A stretch of DNA of 64,000 bases. It comes from Limnothrix sp. BL-A-16. Lineage in GTDB: Bacteria; Cyanobacteriota; Cyanobacteriia; CACIAM-69d. The notes beneath the pieces are model-generated. The model was not told the origin of the DNA and did not search any database. It saw nothing but the letters and a program-made list of their open reading frames with translations. Each line of letters opens with the position of its first letter. Within the stretch, counting starts at the first letter, position 1. Shown here one piece after another: positions 49,538 to 60,854 of this stretch. Both the position numbers and the translations under genes were made by a program. The DNA lies in contig CP166615.1 of assembly GCA_041937175.2 (NCBI GenBank), positions 160,001 through 224,000 of the forward strand, written 5' to 3'.

Positions 49538-50182
49538 ATGATTGTTCTGAACAAATTGCCGATCGTCCCGTCGATCGCTCGGTTGGTTCCCGCTGGGCTG
49601 CGGGCCAAGATCGGTGTCGCTGTCGGCTCACCAGCGGCGACCAAACCGGATGGTCGGAGGCAATTGGGCGGGCGGGGTCTGGGCCTGTGGGCGGTGGTGT
49701 TGTTGATTGGGACTTGGGTGATAGGCTTAGCGATCGCCCCGTCCGCGGCCTGGGCCCAATTTAAGGAATATGCGCCGCCCGTGTCCTACAGCAATGCGGA
49801 ATTGTCTGGGCAAGATTTTTCCAATCAACGGTTGCAATCGGCGGAATTTTCCAACGCCAACCTAACGGATGTGACCTTTGAAAATGCGGAAATGCCCGGT
49901 GCATCCTTTAGTGGATCCTTCCTCAAAGACACGAACTTGCACGGAGTCGATTTAACCAATGCCTTCATGGATTCCGTGAAGTTCATTGGTACCGATTTGA
50001 GCGATGCCATTTTGGTTGAAGCCATTTTGTTGGGATCCAGTTTTCAGGATGTGAATATTGAGGGGGCCGATTTTGAGCTGGCCCTGTTGGATGGGGCACA
50101 GGTAAAACAGCTCTGCGCGATCGCCCGGGGGACGAATCCTCGCACGGGCATCGACACCAAAGAATCGCTCGGTTGTCCTTGA
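49538..50182 (+). CDS. Pentapeptide-repeat protein (exported/lumenal type)
   Basis: A(D/N)Lxx pentapeptide repeats; signal-like segment ending AWA; C-terminal LC..A.GTNP.TG..T.ESLGC; start codon uncertain. Confidence 0.85.
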   Translation: MIVLNKLPIVPSIARLVPAGLRAKIGVAVGSPAATKPDGRRQLGGRGLGLWAVVLLIGTWVIGLAIAPSAAWAQFKEYAPPVSYSNAELSGQDFSNQRLQSAEFSNANLTDVTFENAEMPGASFSGSFLKDTNLHGVDLTNAFMDSVKFIGTDLSDAILVEAILLGSSFQDVNIEGADFELALLDGAQVKQLCAIARGTNPRTGIDTKESLGCP

Positions 50183-50229
50183 AGGATTGCTGAAGTGCCT
50201 GATCGATATGTTCCCTTGGGAGTAGAAAA

Positions 50230-51435
50230 ATGACCCTCGTAGAGGTTGCAGCAGCGGCGGAACCAATCCAGCGGCCGGTGCGGACAATTGGTGTGATTGG
50301 CGGTGGCCAATTGGCTTGGATGATGGCGGAAGCGGCCCCAAAGTTGGGCTTGTCGCTGGTGGTGCAAACTCCGAAATTGGATGATCCGGCAGTGGCACGG
50401 GTGGGATCGGCGGCGGTTGTGCAAGGGGCGGTGGGAGATGCGGCCGTGACGCGCCAATTGCTCGATCGGGTGGATTTGGTCACCTTTGAAAACGAGTTTG
50501 TGGACTTGGCGGCGTTGGGGGAATTGGCCCGATCGGGAGCCTGTTTTCGCCCCAGCCTCAACAGTTTGGAACCCTTGCTGGATAAGTATGATCAGCGCTG
50601 TTTTTTACAGCAAATTGGCTTGCCGGTTCCGGCCTTTGCGGCCATTACCGATCGGGCGCAGGCGATGCAGATCGATCGCTGGGAAAACGGCCAGCCCTTA
50701 ACCTTTCCGGCCGTGCTGAAAACCCGTCGCCATGGCTATGACGGCCAAGGCACGCGGGTGGTGGCCGATCGGGCAGAACTGCTGGCGGTTGGGGATCAGT
50801 GGCGATGGCAGCCGTTAATTTTGGAAGCCTTTGTGCCCTTTGAGCGAGAATTGGCGGCCGTTGCAGCCCGATCGGTCACGGGTGAGGTGGCCATTTACCC
50901 GATCGTGGAAACCCAGCAGGTGAACCAGGTTTGTCGGCGGGTAGTTGCGCCGGCCCCCATTCCGCCAACCGTGGCCACCCACTGCCAGGAAATTGCCCAT
51001 CGCCTGTTATCGCAAATTGGGGCGATCGGGATTTTTGGAATTGAGCTGTTTGTGACCGCCGAGGGTCAGGTATCGGTGAATGAAGTGGCTCCCCGCACCC
51101 ACAATTCCGGCCACTTCTCGATCGATGCCTGTCACACCTCCCAATTCGAGCAGCATTTGCGGGCCGTGGCGGGGTTGCCCCTTGGGCCCGTGGAGTTGCA
51201 CTGTGCCTGTGCGGCGATGGTGAATTTGTTGGGTTTTGAGGTGGCCACCAGTGACTATCGGGAGCGGCGCGATCGTTTGGCAACGGTTCCCCGCAGCCGC
51301 GTGCATTGGTATGGCAAAACCAGCGCCACCCCGGGCCGCAAGCTTGGCCATGTGACTGTGTTGGCGGATAACCTCGCGGAATTGCAACGGGCGATCGATC
51401 GCCTGGAATCAATTTGGTATGGATCAGACCATTAA
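50230..51435 (+). CDS. purK: N5-carboxyaminoimidazole ribonucleotide synthase
   Basis: IGGGQLAWMM, TFENE, GYDGQG, NEVAPRTHNSGH and GRKLGHVT. Confidence 0.93.
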   Translation: MTLVEVAAAAEPIQRPVRTIGVIGGGQLAWMMAEAAPKLGLSLVVQTPKLDDPAVARVGSAAVVQGAVGDAAVTRQLLDRVDLVTFENEFVDLAALGELARSGACFRPSLNSLEPLLDKYDQRCFLQQIGLPVPAFAAITDRAQAMQIDRWENGQPLTFPAVLKTRRHGYDGQGTRVVADRAELLAVGDQWRWQPLILEAFVPFERELAAVAARSVTGEVAIYPIVETQQVNQVCRRVVAPAPIPPTVATHCQEIAHRLLSQIGAIGIFGIELFVTAEGQVSVNEVAPRTHNSGHFSIDACHTSQFEQHLRAVAGLPLGPVELHCACAAMVNLLGFEVATSDYRERRDRLATVPRSRVHWYGKTSATPGRKLGHVTVLADNLAELQRAIDRLESIWYGSDH

Positions 51436-51444
51436 GCAACCCGC

Positions 51445-53448
51445 TTAATGCCGTTGTCCCAACAGTCGATCGCGCAAATGCTTGATTCGATCGCGATATT
51501 TGGCGGCCTCTTCAAACTCCAAATTCTTGGCCGCCTCCTTCATTTGGGCCTCCAACTTTTCAATCAACATCGGCACATCATCCAAGGACAAATCCGCCGA
51601 ATGTTCGTAGGCTTGCTCCAAATCCTTGGCACTGAGTCGCCGGGACAAATCCAGGAATTCCAGAATTGAATTACCGGATTTCTTGACGATCGGTTGGGGC
51701 GTAATGCCGTGTTTTTGGTTGTAGGCGATTTGAATGTTGCGTCGCCGCTCCGTTTCGGAAATCGCCTTGTCCATGCTGTCCGTCAGCCGATCGGCATAAA
51801 GAATCGCTTGGCCTCGCACATGACGCGCCGCCCGGCCAATGGTTTGAATCAGCGATCGCTCGGCCCGCAAAAACCCTTCCTTGTCCGCATCCAAAATAGC
51901 GACCAGGGAAACTTCCGGTAGATCCAACCCTTCCCGCAACAAATTCACCCCAATTAACACATCAAACTTACCCGCTCGCAAAGCTTGCAAAATTTCGATG
52001 CGTTCGATCGACTGAATTTCCGAATGGAGATATTGCACCCGCACCCTGCGCTCTTGGAAATATTCCGCCAAATCCTCCGCCATCCGCTTGGTTAGGGTGG
52101 TGATCAGGGTGCGTTCTTGGCGATCGACCCGCTGGACAATTTCCGCCAACAAATCATCCACCTGCCCTTCCGTCGGCCGCACAAAAATCTCCGGATCAAT
52201 CACGCCCGTGGGGCGAATGACTTGCTCCACAATTTGTCCTTGGGAAATTTCCAATTCCCAATCTCCCGGCGTGGCAGAAACAAAGATGCATTGATTCACC
52301 TTGTTCCAAAATTCTTCGGCCTTGAGGGGGCGATTGTCGGCCGCACTGGGCAAGCGAAACCCATGATCAATCAGCACTTTCTTACGAGCCTGATCACCGT
52401 TATACATTCCCCTTAGTTGGGGAACGGTCACATGGGACTCATCAATAATCAACAACCAATCTTCGGGAAAATAATCAATTAAGCATTCAGGCGGTTCGCC
52501 CGCTTGCCGCCCGGCTAAGTGACGTGAATAGTTTTCTACGCCGTTGCAGTAGCCCACCTGTGCCAGCATTTCCAAATCGTATCGCGTGCGTTGGTCAATC
52601 CGTTGGGCTTCTAGGAGTTTTCCTTCCGCCTCTAAGGCAACTTTTTGCGCAGCCAATTCCTGGGTAATGGCTTGAATCGCTTCTTCCAGACGATCCTCGG
52701 GGGTCACAAAGTGGCGAGCGGGATAAAGATTCACCGCTTCTAGGCTTTGCAAAATTTCCCCGGTCAAGGGATCAACATAGCGAATCGCTTCCACTTCATC
52801 GCCAAAGAACTCAATCCGAATAATTCGATCTTCATAGGCGGGGCCAATTTCTAGCACATCGCCCTTGACACGGAATTTTCCTCGGCCAATTTCCACATCA
52901 TTTCGTTCATATTGCACCGAGGCCAAATCTCGCAACGTTTGCCGCAAATTTAATTCATGGCCCACCCGAAAGGGAATGGCCGCATTTAAATATTCCGTGG
53001 GAATTCCCAACCCGTAAATGCAGCTAATGGAGGCAACCACAATCACATCCCGTCGTTCAAAGAGCGATCGGGTGGCTGAGTGCCGCAACATGTCAATTTC
53101 TTCGTTAATGGAAGCGGTTTTTTGAATGTAAGTATCGGTGACGGGAATATAGGCTTCCGGTTGGTAATAGTCGTAGTAGGAAATGAAATATTCAACGGCA
53201 TTATTTGGGAAAAATTCCCGCAATTCGTTGCACAACTGGGCCGCGAGGGTTTTGTTGTGGGCCAAAACCAGGGCCGGGCGATCGAGCTGGGCAATGGTGC
53301 TGGCGATGGTGAAGGTTTTGCCGGTACCGGTGGCCCCCAGCAGGGTTTGGTATCGCTGACCCGATCGCACGGTTTCCACCAAACGGGCGATCGCCTTCGG
53401 TTGGTCACCCGTGGGTTCAAACGGTGCTTGCAGTTCAAAGGTGGTCAT
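51445..53448 (-). CDS. uvrB: Excinuclease ABC subunit B
   Basis: [32 protein letters not shown] motif and C-terminal UVR domain. Confidence 0.96.
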   Translation of the reverse strand: MTTFELQAPFEPTGDQPKAIARLVETVRSGQRYQTLLGATGTGKTFTIASTIAQLDRPALVLAHNKTLAAQLCNELREFFPNNAVEYFISYYDYYQPEAYIPVTDTYIQKTASINEEIDMLRHSATRSLFERRDVIVVASISCIYGLGIPTEYLNAAIPFRVGHELNLRQTLRDLASVQYERNDVEIGRGKFRVKGDVLEIGPAYEDRIIRIEFFGDEVEAIRYVDPLTGEILQSLEAVNLYPARHFVTPEDRLEEAIQAITQELAAQKVALEAEGKLLEAQRIDQRTRYDLEMLAQVGYCNGVENYSRHLAGRQAGEPPECLIDYFPEDWLLIIDESHVTVPQLRGMYNGDQARKKVLIDHGFRLPSAADNRPLKAEEFWNKVNQCIFVSATPGDWELEISQGQIVEQVIRPTGVIDPEIFVRPTEGQVDDLLAEIVQRVDRQERTLITTLTKRMAEDLAEYFQERRVRVQYLHSEIQSIERIEILQALRAGKFDVLIGVNLLREGLDLPEVSLVAILDADKEGFLRAERSLIQTIGRAARHVRGQAILYADRLTDSMDKAISETERRRNIQIAYNQKHGITPQPIVKKSGNSILEFLDLSRRLSAKDLEQAYEHSADLSLDDVPMLIEKLEAQMKEAAKNLEFEEAAKYRDRIKHLRDRLLGQRH

Positions 53449-54077
53449 GGTTTGTTCTTCGCTAACAGCAGATCGGGATCTGGTTTCGGGAGCCAATGGG
53501 GAGATTCGGGAGCATTCGGGCCAATCGCGCCGCGTGAACGGTGTTCAATCGTTCCCAAGTCTTGATGCCAGCATCTTTCATGATTGCGATCAAATCGTTT
53601 CGGTGCAAGGCAGAGGCCGCCCAACCTCGAAGCCGCCAGCACCAATCCAGGGGCGATCGCCCTGCACCTTCGGACGCTGAATCGCACAGTGGCTCCCAAA
53701 TCCCATGAATGGCCATGGTTTTGGAGGACAAGGGCGGTGCTTTGCTTTAAAACTGCTTATAAGAGCAATGATTTTTTTAATAATCTTTTTATAGCTCCGC
53801 TAAAATATAACTGTAGAGACAACGCAATCTACCCGCCCGAACGCGCTCGAATTGGCAGCGCGGCATTTTTGCATTGGGCCAGTTCGCGCCGTCCGTTCGC
53901 CAGCCCTGTCTCCCTTGCTCGATCGCCCCTGTCGATCGAAACCACCGCGATCCACGCGCATTTGATAGGATGACCTGGGTTTGACAGTTCAATTTATAAA
54001 ACTGGTTATCAAACTGGGCTTCGGCTCCTATCAGCCCCTTCCAACGGCACTAGTATCGGCATCTGAGGTACGTTTTC

Positions 54078-54560
54078 ATGAGCAACCGCAACGTCACCGA
54101 CACCAACAACCGCGCCCGCGACGATCGCGATGAAGTGCGCCTCGACGATCGCGACGATCGCGAGCAACGGGCCCTGCCTGCGGTTGTCCGCAAGCGCCCC
54201 CTCGCCCCCACCTATGGCCACCGTCCCGTCGGCGAAGATACTGTTAAGTTCATCGAAAGCGACCTGCCCAACAATCGCCCCGTTGAAGTCAGTCACCTGT
54301 CCTTGGTTCAAAGCAATCTACCGAAGCATCGCCCCGTGGAAACGAGCGAGCTGAAGGTGGTGGGCACGGTGGCCGCCTACGGTGCGCGCCCGGTGTCGGC
54401 CAGCAACTTGGAAGTGGTGGAAACCATCACCCTGTCGGGCCATCGCCCTGTGACGGCGAATACGCTGGACATTACGACCAGTGATTGGCTGCCCAGCAAC
54501 CGGCCGATGGCTTCTAACGATTTGGGCGAAGATTCCAATCTGATGGGCTATCTCGACTAG
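54078..54560 (+). CDS. Hypothetical protein built from about 18-19 aa 'RPV' repeats
   Basis: Six repeats of (G/P)xxRP(V/M); GC3-rich codon usage; GAGG RBS upstream; ends LMGYLD. Confidence 0.75.
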   Translation: MSNRNVTDTNNRARDDRDEVRLDDRDDREQRALPAVVRKRPLAPTYGHRPVGEDTVKFIESDLPNNRPVEVSHLSLVQSNLPKHRPVETSELKVVGTVAAYGARPVSASNLEVVETITLSGHRPVTANTLDITTSDWLPSNRPMASNDLGEDSNLMGYLD

Positions 54561-54602
54561 GTATTGTTTTTGCCTGATCCCAGGAAAGAGCGACGGGCCC
54601 TA

Positions 54603-54790
54603 AGCCATGTCGTCAAATTGCCTGAAACCCTGATGACCTCGTTCTTCAAACCAATCAATCGTAGGGGCGAGGTCTCCTCGCCCATCCCCGTGATCCTTGG
54701 GTGTTCCCAGGGATGGACAGGGTTTTAGTGATCGCCCAGGTTAGGGTTGGGAGACCCAACCTCTACGGCGATGGAAATGGCGACGGGCCC
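54603..54790 (+). mobile_element. Family B-ended element carrying a GTAG-type REP doublet
   Basis: TA-AGCCATGTCGTCAAATTGCCTGAAACCCTGAT...GGAAATGGCGACGGGCCC-TA; inside, GTAGGGGCGAGGTCTCCTCGCCC (54661) and inverted GGGTTGGGAGACCCAACCTCTAC; a solo family B right end lies just upstream (54573-54600). Confidence 0.7.
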
Positions 54791-54792
54791 TA

Positions 54793-55078
54793 GGGCCTGT
54801 CGTCAAATCGCCTGAAACCCTGATTCCACCGTTGCTGGATCGTGGGGGACAAGGGGCTTAGGGCCGGTCGCCAAATCGCCTGAAACCCTGATTCCACCGT
54901 TGCTGGATCTTGGGGGACAAGGGGCTTAAGCCCCTTGTTACAACGACTGGGACATGGAAAATCAATCGTTTTCACCTAATCCTAGGAAATGACGACGGGC
55001 CCTAAGCCCCTTGTTGCAACGACTGGGACATGGAAAATCAATCGTTTTCACCTGATCCTAGGAAATGACGACGGGCCC
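54793..55078 (+). mobile_element. MITE family B (outer, 142 bp) with a nested family B copy at 54861-55002
   Basis: TIRs GGGCCTGTCGTCA / TGACGACGGGCCC with TA duplications; the inner 142-bp copy splits the outer palindrome as GGGGCTTA|...|TAAGCCCC. Confidence 0.88.
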
Positions 55079-55108
55079 TAAGCCGTTGAGCAACTGTTCG
55101 TCAAAGCG

Positions 55109-55144
55109 AAATGGGGGTGTGGTTTTCGGCCATACCCCCATTTT
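55109..55144. terminator. Probable bidirectional terminator between convergent genes
   Basis: AAATGGGGGTGTGG...CCATACCCCCATTTT. Confidence 0.65.
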
Positions 55145-55183
55145 GTTGATGGGATTTGTTGATGGGATTTGTTGATGGGATCT
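55145..55183. repeat. 13-bp tandem repeat, 3 copies
   Basis: GTTGATGGGATTT GTTGATGGGATTT GTTGATGGGATCT. Confidence 0.75.
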
Positions 55184-55249
55184 ATGGGATCGATTGGGGA
55201 TCAAGTTTGGCCTAGGTTGCCCTAGGCGCATTTGCCCAGCAGCAATTGC

Positions 55250-57871
55250 CTAGGAATCTTCGTCCGGTTGAGCCGCTTGATCCTCAGAATCGGTGTTGCT
55301 ATCGAGGCTGTCGCCGCTGGTGTCTTCCGGCGGCACGAGGGCCACGGCGGCGATCGAGTCATCCACAATCCGCTGCACCATCACGCCCGTTGCCCCCCGC
55401 GATTGAATCGGGATCGCATTCACCGACTGCCGCACGATCGTGGCCCGCTTCGTGGCGATCGTGATTTCGTCGGAGTCATTCACCACCAACAGGCCAGCGA
55501 GAGAATCATCAATGCCCTTGGCGGATTTGAACTTGGTGGCGATTTTGCCTTTGGTGGCGCGGTTATAGAGCTTGAATTGCTCCACGGGGACGCGCTTGCC
55601 GTAGCCACGAGCGGTGATCACCAACACCCAGGGGCCGGGGCTGCTGGTTTCGGTGCTGTCGTCGCTGGTTTCTTCGATCGGCTCATTATCGTCGGCCGCA
55701 TCATCCCCGGCCTGACCCACCCGCGAGGCGATCGCGGCGGGCAAAATATCCAGCGCCACCAACTCATCACCGCTGCGAAGGCTCATGGCCCGCACGCCCC
55801 GCGCCGTCCGCCCTAGGGGTCGCAGTTGATCGCGATCGGCTCGGAAGTGAATCGCCATGCCCGATCGGGAGCCGATCAAAATGCTGTCTTCGTCGCGGGT
55901 CAGGCGCACCCAGCGCAGTTGGTCGCCCTCTTCCAGGGAAATGGCGATCAGGCCGTTGGCGCGGATGTTGCCAAAGGCCGAGAGCACGGTTTTTTTGATG
56001 TAGCCCTGCTGGGTCAACATCACCAGGTACAGGTCTTCCGAGAATTCCGAGACGGCGATCACCGAGGTGATTTTTTCGTCGTGGGGAATCGGTAGTAGTT
56101 GAACGATCGCCGTGCCCCGGGCAGCGCGGGAGCTGGCGGGAATTTGGTAAGCACTGAGGGCATAGACCACGCCCCGATCGCTGAAGAACAAGACCCGATC
56201 GCGATCGCAGCAGGTGAGGAAATGCTGTACCTCGTCGTCATCCTTCATCTTCGCGCCGGTTTTGCCCCGGGTGGCGCGGTTTTGGGTCTCGAAGGTGCTC
56301 ACAGGCATCCGTTTGATGTAGCCCTGCTCCGTAATCACGATCGTGGCGCGATCATTGGCAATCAGGTCAATTTCTTCCAGTTGGGCACTGTCGCGGGAAA
56401 TTGTGGTGCGGCGCGGCGTAGCGAACCGGGCTTTCAGGTTGCTCACTTCCTCTTCAATGATTGTCAGCACCCGATCGCGCCGGGCCAGGATGTCTTGCAA
56501 ATCGGTAATTTTGGCTTGCAATTCCTGGTGTTCTTGCTCAATCTTGTCCGCTTCCAAGGCCGTTAGGCGGCGCAGTTGCATCTGCAAAATTGCGTCGGCT
56601 TGGGCTTCCGAGAGGCTGTAATCGCTCATTAGCCCCTGTTTGGCGGTGGGGGTGTCCGCCGCATGACGAATTAGGGCGATGATCGTATCCATGTTGCTGA
56701 GGGCGATCAGGTAGCCTTGCAGGATGTGATCGCGCTCCTCAGCTTTCCGCAGTTCGTAGCGGGTGCGCCGTTCGATCGCCTCCACCCGGAAGTCCAAAAA
56801 GACCTGCAAAAACTCCTTCAGGGTCAGGGTGCGCGGCTCGCCGTTCACCAGCGCCAGCATGTTGGCCCCAAAGTTCGCTTGAATCGGCGTGTGCTTGTAG
56901 AGGTTGTTCAGCACCACTTGGGCGCGTGCGTCCCGCTTCAGCTCAATCACGATTCGCATCCCGTCGCGATCGCTCTCGTCGCGAATGTCCGAGATGCCTT
57001 CTAGTTTCTTGTCGTTCACCAGCTCGGCGATCCGCTCAATCAGGGCCGCCTTGTTGGTTTGGTAAGGCAGTTCCGTGACGATAATCGCCTCGCGATCGGG
57101 TGCGCCTCGCCGTTCGATCGTCTCAACGCTGGCCACACCGCGCATGGTGATCGAGCCACGCCCGGTTAAATAGGCTTCCCGAATCCCCGACGTACCAAAA
57201 ATCTGCGCCCCCGTGGGGAAATCCGGCCCCGGAATCCAGCGCATCAACTCTTGGTTGGTGATTTCAGGGTTATGAATCAGGGCGCACAGCCCATCGACCA
57301 ATTCCCCCAAATTGTGGGGGGGAATGTTGGTGGCCATGCCCACCGCAATCCCCGAGGAGCCGTTCAGCAACAGTTGCGGCAGCCGCGCGGGCATCACCGT
57401 CGGTTCTTGCTGGGAGCCGTCGAAGTTGTCGATAAAATCAACGGTTTCCGACTCAATATCTTGCAGCAGCGATTCACTGGTCAGGGCTTGCAGCCGACAT
57501 TCCGTGTACCGCATGGCAGCGGGTGGATCGTTGTCGATCGAGCCGAAGTTCCCGTGACCATTGATCAACGGGTGACGCATCGAAAAATCCTGGGCCATCC
57601 GCACCAGCGCGTCATAGACCGCCGTGTCGCCGTGGGGGTGATATTTCCCCAGCACTTCCCCCACCACCCGGGCGCATTTTCGGAAGGGGCGATCGGCTGC
57701 CAACCCCAACTCATGCATGGCGTAGAGAATCCGGCGGTGTACCGGCTTCAGACCGTCGCGGGCATCCGGCAGCGCCCGCCCCACGATCACGCTCATGGCG
57801 TATTCCAGGTACGATCGCGACATTTCCTGGCGTAGGTCGGTCGCGACAATCCGGTCTTCGGCAGTACTCAT
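55250..57871 (-). CDS. gyrA: DNA gyrase subunit A
   Basis: [30 protein letters not shown] catalytic Tyr and GyrA-box QNRATRG. Confidence 0.96.
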   Translation of the reverse strand: MSTAEDRIVATDLRQEMSRSYLEYAMSVIVGRALPDARDGLKPVHRRILYAMHELGLAADRPFRKCARVVGEVLGKYHPHGDTAVYDALVRMAQDFSMRHPLINGHGNFGSIDNDPPAAMRYTECRLQALTSESLLQDIESETVDFIDNFDGSQQEPTVMPARLPQLLLNGSSGIAVGMATNIPPHNLGELVDGLCALIHNPEITNQELMRWIPGPDFPTGAQIFGTSGIREAYLTGRGSITMRGVASVETIERRGAPDREAIIVTELPYQTNKAALIERIAELVNDKKLEGISDIRDESDRDGMRIVIELKRDARAQVVLNNLYKHTPIQANFGANMLALVNGEPRTLTLKEFLQVFLDFRVEAIERRTRYELRKAEERDHILQGYLIALSNMDTIIALIRHAADTPTAKQGLMSDYSLSEAQADAILQMQLRRLTALEADKIEQEHQELQAKITDLQDILARRDRVLTIIEEEVSNLKARFATPRRTTISRDSAQLEEIDLIANDRATIVITEQGYIKRMPVSTFETQNRATRGKTGAKMKDDDEVQHFLTCCDRDRVLFFSDRGVVYALSAYQIPASSRAARGTAIVQLLPIPHDEKITSVIAVSEFSEDLYLVMLTQQGYIKKTVLSAFGNIRANGLIAISLEEGDQLRWVRLTRDEDSILIGSRSGMAIHFRADRDQLRPLGRTARGVRAMSLRSGDELVALDILPAAIASRVGQAGDDAADDNEPIEETSDDSTETSSPGPWVLVITARGYGKRVPVEQFKLYNRATKGKIATKFKSAKGIDDSLAGLLVVNDSDEITIATKRATIVRQSVNAIPIQSRGATGVMVQRIVDDSIAAVALVPPEDTSGDSLDSNTDSEDQAAQPDEDS

Positions 57872-58203
57872 AGGTCTCTGGTGCAGAAAGTGCCTGAAAA
57901 TTTATGGCCTAAAAACAAGTGCCTAAAAACGGCACGACCCCAAACGAAAAACTTCAGGGGCCAATGACCCGGCTTTCGTTCGGGATCAGATACACATCAG
58001 GGCTAGTACACATCAAGGGCTAGCAAATCGTTCGCATCGTGGTGGCGCAAAAGCCCCAAAGGACAGACCGACGGCAAGCCTCATTTAGAACGGCTTCGGT
58101 TGGGCGAAATTGCCGTGAAATCGAGATTTCAGCCTCCTATTTTACCACGGGCAGCCAGAGGAACTGTGGCATGGGCCCCGGGCCGGGATCGGAAGCCGCC
58201 TCA

Positions 58204-58358
58204 GTGGATGTCTGAGCAAGCTAAAACCAAAGCCCAACCCAAAGCCAAAACCGTTACCTGGGGGTCTCCTCAACCGACACAGACAAGGTGCTTCAGCCCC
58301 TTGCTCCGACGACGACCGGCGCTTTGTCATTGCCCCAAGTAACTGCTCAGATATCCTC
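58204..58358 (+). mobile_element. Degenerate MITE family A (155 bp)
   Basis: GTGGATGTCTGAGCA / TGCTCAGATATCCTC inverted ends; variant palindrome ACAAGGTGCTTCAGCCCCTTG. Confidence 0.6.
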
Positions 58359-58367
58359 CCAAGGCGC

Positions 58368-59945
58368 TCAGGCTAGGTGAAAGTCAGCGATCGAGAGTGG
58401 GCCGGTGACGATCGCCAAAGTCTCATTGCTGCCGGCCACTTGCACCAACATGTTCGTTCCCTGGGGCCGCAGGGCGATCGCGCCGGGGGTCAACCCATTG
58501 ACTAGATAAATGCCATCAATGCCTAACTGAAAATCCTGAATCGTGTCTTGGCCCATGCCCGTACCCAACACGAATCGATCGGCTCCGTCGCCCCCAAGCA
58601 ACAGGTCATCCCCAAATTCACCAAACAGCACATCATCGCCCGCATCCCCCTGGAGCCAGTCGGCATCGCGGCCGCCGTTGAGCTGGTCGTTGCCCAAACC
58701 GCCAATCAGGGTATCGAGGCCCGCATTGCCTTGCAGTTGGTCGTTGCCCGCCTCGCCACTCAACCAATCATCATCCAGCCCGCCCCAGAGGGTGTCTTGG
58801 CCCAGACCGCCGCTGAGGCTGTCGTTGCCCCCGCGCCCCAAAATCACGTTGTCGGCATCGTTGCCAAGCACCTCGTCGGCTCCATCAGTGCCATTGAGGT
58901 TTTCCAGAGTGACCCCAAAGGCGATCGACTTGCCCCGATCGAACATGGGATAGAGGGGTTGGTAACTGGGATAAATATCAAAAAAGCGACCCTTACGCCC
59001 CGTTTGGGTGGTTAACAAACCGCCGGGTTTCAAATCGAAATAGTAGCGATCGGAGGCTGGCAACGATCCCATTTCCAAGGTGTCGGTTCCGCCCCCATCC
59101 CAAATGGCTTCCACCCCTAAAAACGAAGTGGCATTCCAGTTGTACAAATCATTGCCCGATCGCCAACTGGTATTTGCACCGTAGAGATATTGCAGCGATT
59201 GGATATCGTAATTCATCAGGGTGCGGGCGTTTTGAAAACTGCCAAAGTCCCGCCCGTTGTAGGACATCACCGTGTTGTGGCGATGATCTAATTCCGGAGC
59301 CAAAACCGCCACATTGGAAGGCACTTTACCGGGCACATCCCCCGCTTCGCTGCCATACTCCCGAGGATGTTTCAGTCCCATGGCATGGCCCAATTCATGA
59401 ATTAAAGTGCCATAGCCAGCGCTGCCGGGCCCCTTCGTAAAAAAGTTGGGGTCAAACATGCCATTGGCCGACAAAAACACCTGTCCCCCATAGGCGCTTC
59501 CTGGAACATAAGCACAGGCCAAAGCATCGGGCAATTGCGGACTCTTGCCCAAGGTAATGCGCAGTGTTCCGCCCACTTCGTCCGGCACTTCTTGAAACTG
59601 AACCGGAATCACTTGGGAGTAGTTTTGCAACACTTGCCGCACGGCCTGTTTCACCGGCTCGGGAATTTCTGCCGGGTTGGTGATGGCTCCTTGGGCAACC
59701 GATGTCAAATTATTGACCGTGTTGGCATTGGGAAAACTGTAGGTAATCACCCCACCATGGGGCACATTCCACGATTGGGTGATTGTCGGATTATTAATAC
59801 GCACCGTCAGCAAAGCATCAATGTTGTTGTTGCCGCTGAGGGGAATGGCTTTGGTGCTGGCAGCGGTTCGCCAACGGAGGGTGGAAACTTCCGGAGCGAT
59901 CGCGCTGTTTTGGTCGATCCCGGCCAGGGACATCTGAAGAGCCAT
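58368..59945 (-). CDS. M10 (serralysin-like) zinc metalloprotease with RTX Ca-binding repeats
   Basis: HELGHAMGLKH zinc motif, TVMSY Met-turn, WDGGGTDT and multiple GGxGxDxL nonapeptides; start codon uncertain. Confidence 0.9.
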   Translation of the reverse strand: MALQMSLAGIDQNSAIAPEVSTLRWRTAASTKAIPLSGNNNIDALLTVRINNPTITQSWNVPHGGVITYSFPNANTVNNLTSVAQGAITNPAEIPEPVKQAVRQVLQNYSQVIPVQFQEVPDEVGGTLRITLGKSPQLPDALACAYVPGSAYGGQVFLSANGMFDPNFFTKGPGSAGYGTLIHELGHAMGLKHPREYGSEAGDVPGKVPSNVAVLAPELDHRHNTVMSYNGRDFGSFQNARTLMNYDIQSLQYLYGANTSWRSGNDLYNWNATSFLGVEAIWDGGGTDTLEMGSLPASDRYYFDLKPGGLLTTQTGRKGRFFDIYPSYQPLYPMFDRGKSIAFGVTLENLNGTDGADEVLGNDADNVILGRGGNDSLSGGLGQDTLWGGLDDDWLSGEAGNDQLQGNAGLDTLIGGLGNDQLNGGRDADWLQGDAGDDVLFGEFGDDLLLGGDGADRFVLGTGMGQDTIQDFQLGIDGIYLVNGLTPGAIALRPQGTNMLVQVAGSNETLAIVTGPLSIADFHLA

Positions 59946-60854
59946 AGGAATTCTGTCCAACGCTGATAGGTCAAAGAAAGGCAGCCACCCTGCATCACGG
60001 CTACGGCGGTTTTCAGCACCAGACTTTGGAGGTCAACCATTGGTTGATGACCTCAATCGGGGTTGCGAAATGCAACTGGAATTCAAGAATTTGAATGCGC
60101 CACTGGCACGCAAGACTTAGCGGCGCGATCGGGCACAAAATGCAAAGTGATGCGAAGGCTATGCTTCGTTCCCAACGAAGACAACCTGGCGATTAATGGA
60201 GGCTCAATGGTTAGGGGCAATCAAGTCTCAATTGATCGGAGCGATCCCGGCAGACGTAAAACTAGTTGGGGCGTTGAAAGGAGTCACGCCTTGTGGTGGT
60301 TCTTCCCTCAGCATTCCCTCGGTGCATTATCCTGCAACGCTGTGAAGCGGAGGACAGGGTTGATCCTGTTGAGTCTGTTAAATGGATGGATTTGGAGCGA
60401 TGGATCTGGATTGATAGATCCGAATCGATCGATCCGAGTGATTGGATCATGCAGATCTTGTAAATCTGCCTTGGTTCTGATGAATTAGCTCTGACGAATC
60501 TGATGAATTTTGAATTTGGGTCGATCGTTGAGGGCTGTTCTTCGGTGCTTGGAAGAAACTTATGCGCTCAATTAAGGCTAATCAAATTGCTTGAATGAGC
60601 CAATGGAAGCGATCTAACTAGAGCAGCCCCAAAAGACGTTAAGACTTTTTGTAGAGGACTTTTTGAAATCCTTACAATTAGTTTAAAGGATTCTGCATAA
60701 AATTGGCAAGCTTGAATTTAAGTTACAACAACTTTTTTAATAATGAGCGAAGCAATGGATAAAGATGTGCAGAATGCGACATGAATGAACGCAATTTGAA
60801 GGCTTTCAGGCAATGAAGTGCGAAATCAAACATTCATTTCAAAATAATGTATGA

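Noticed and set aside
58015..58090. c-di-GMP-I riboswitch-like string (GCAAA…GGCGCAAAAGCC)
   Set aside because: The P2 stem does not pair, there is no GNRA loop, and no downstream gene lies on that strand
60063..60488. 141-aa ORF upstream of the protease (also 40416-40725 and 53584-53973)
   Set aside because: No motifs, TTG/GTG-type starts and atypical composition; more likely non-coding upstream regions
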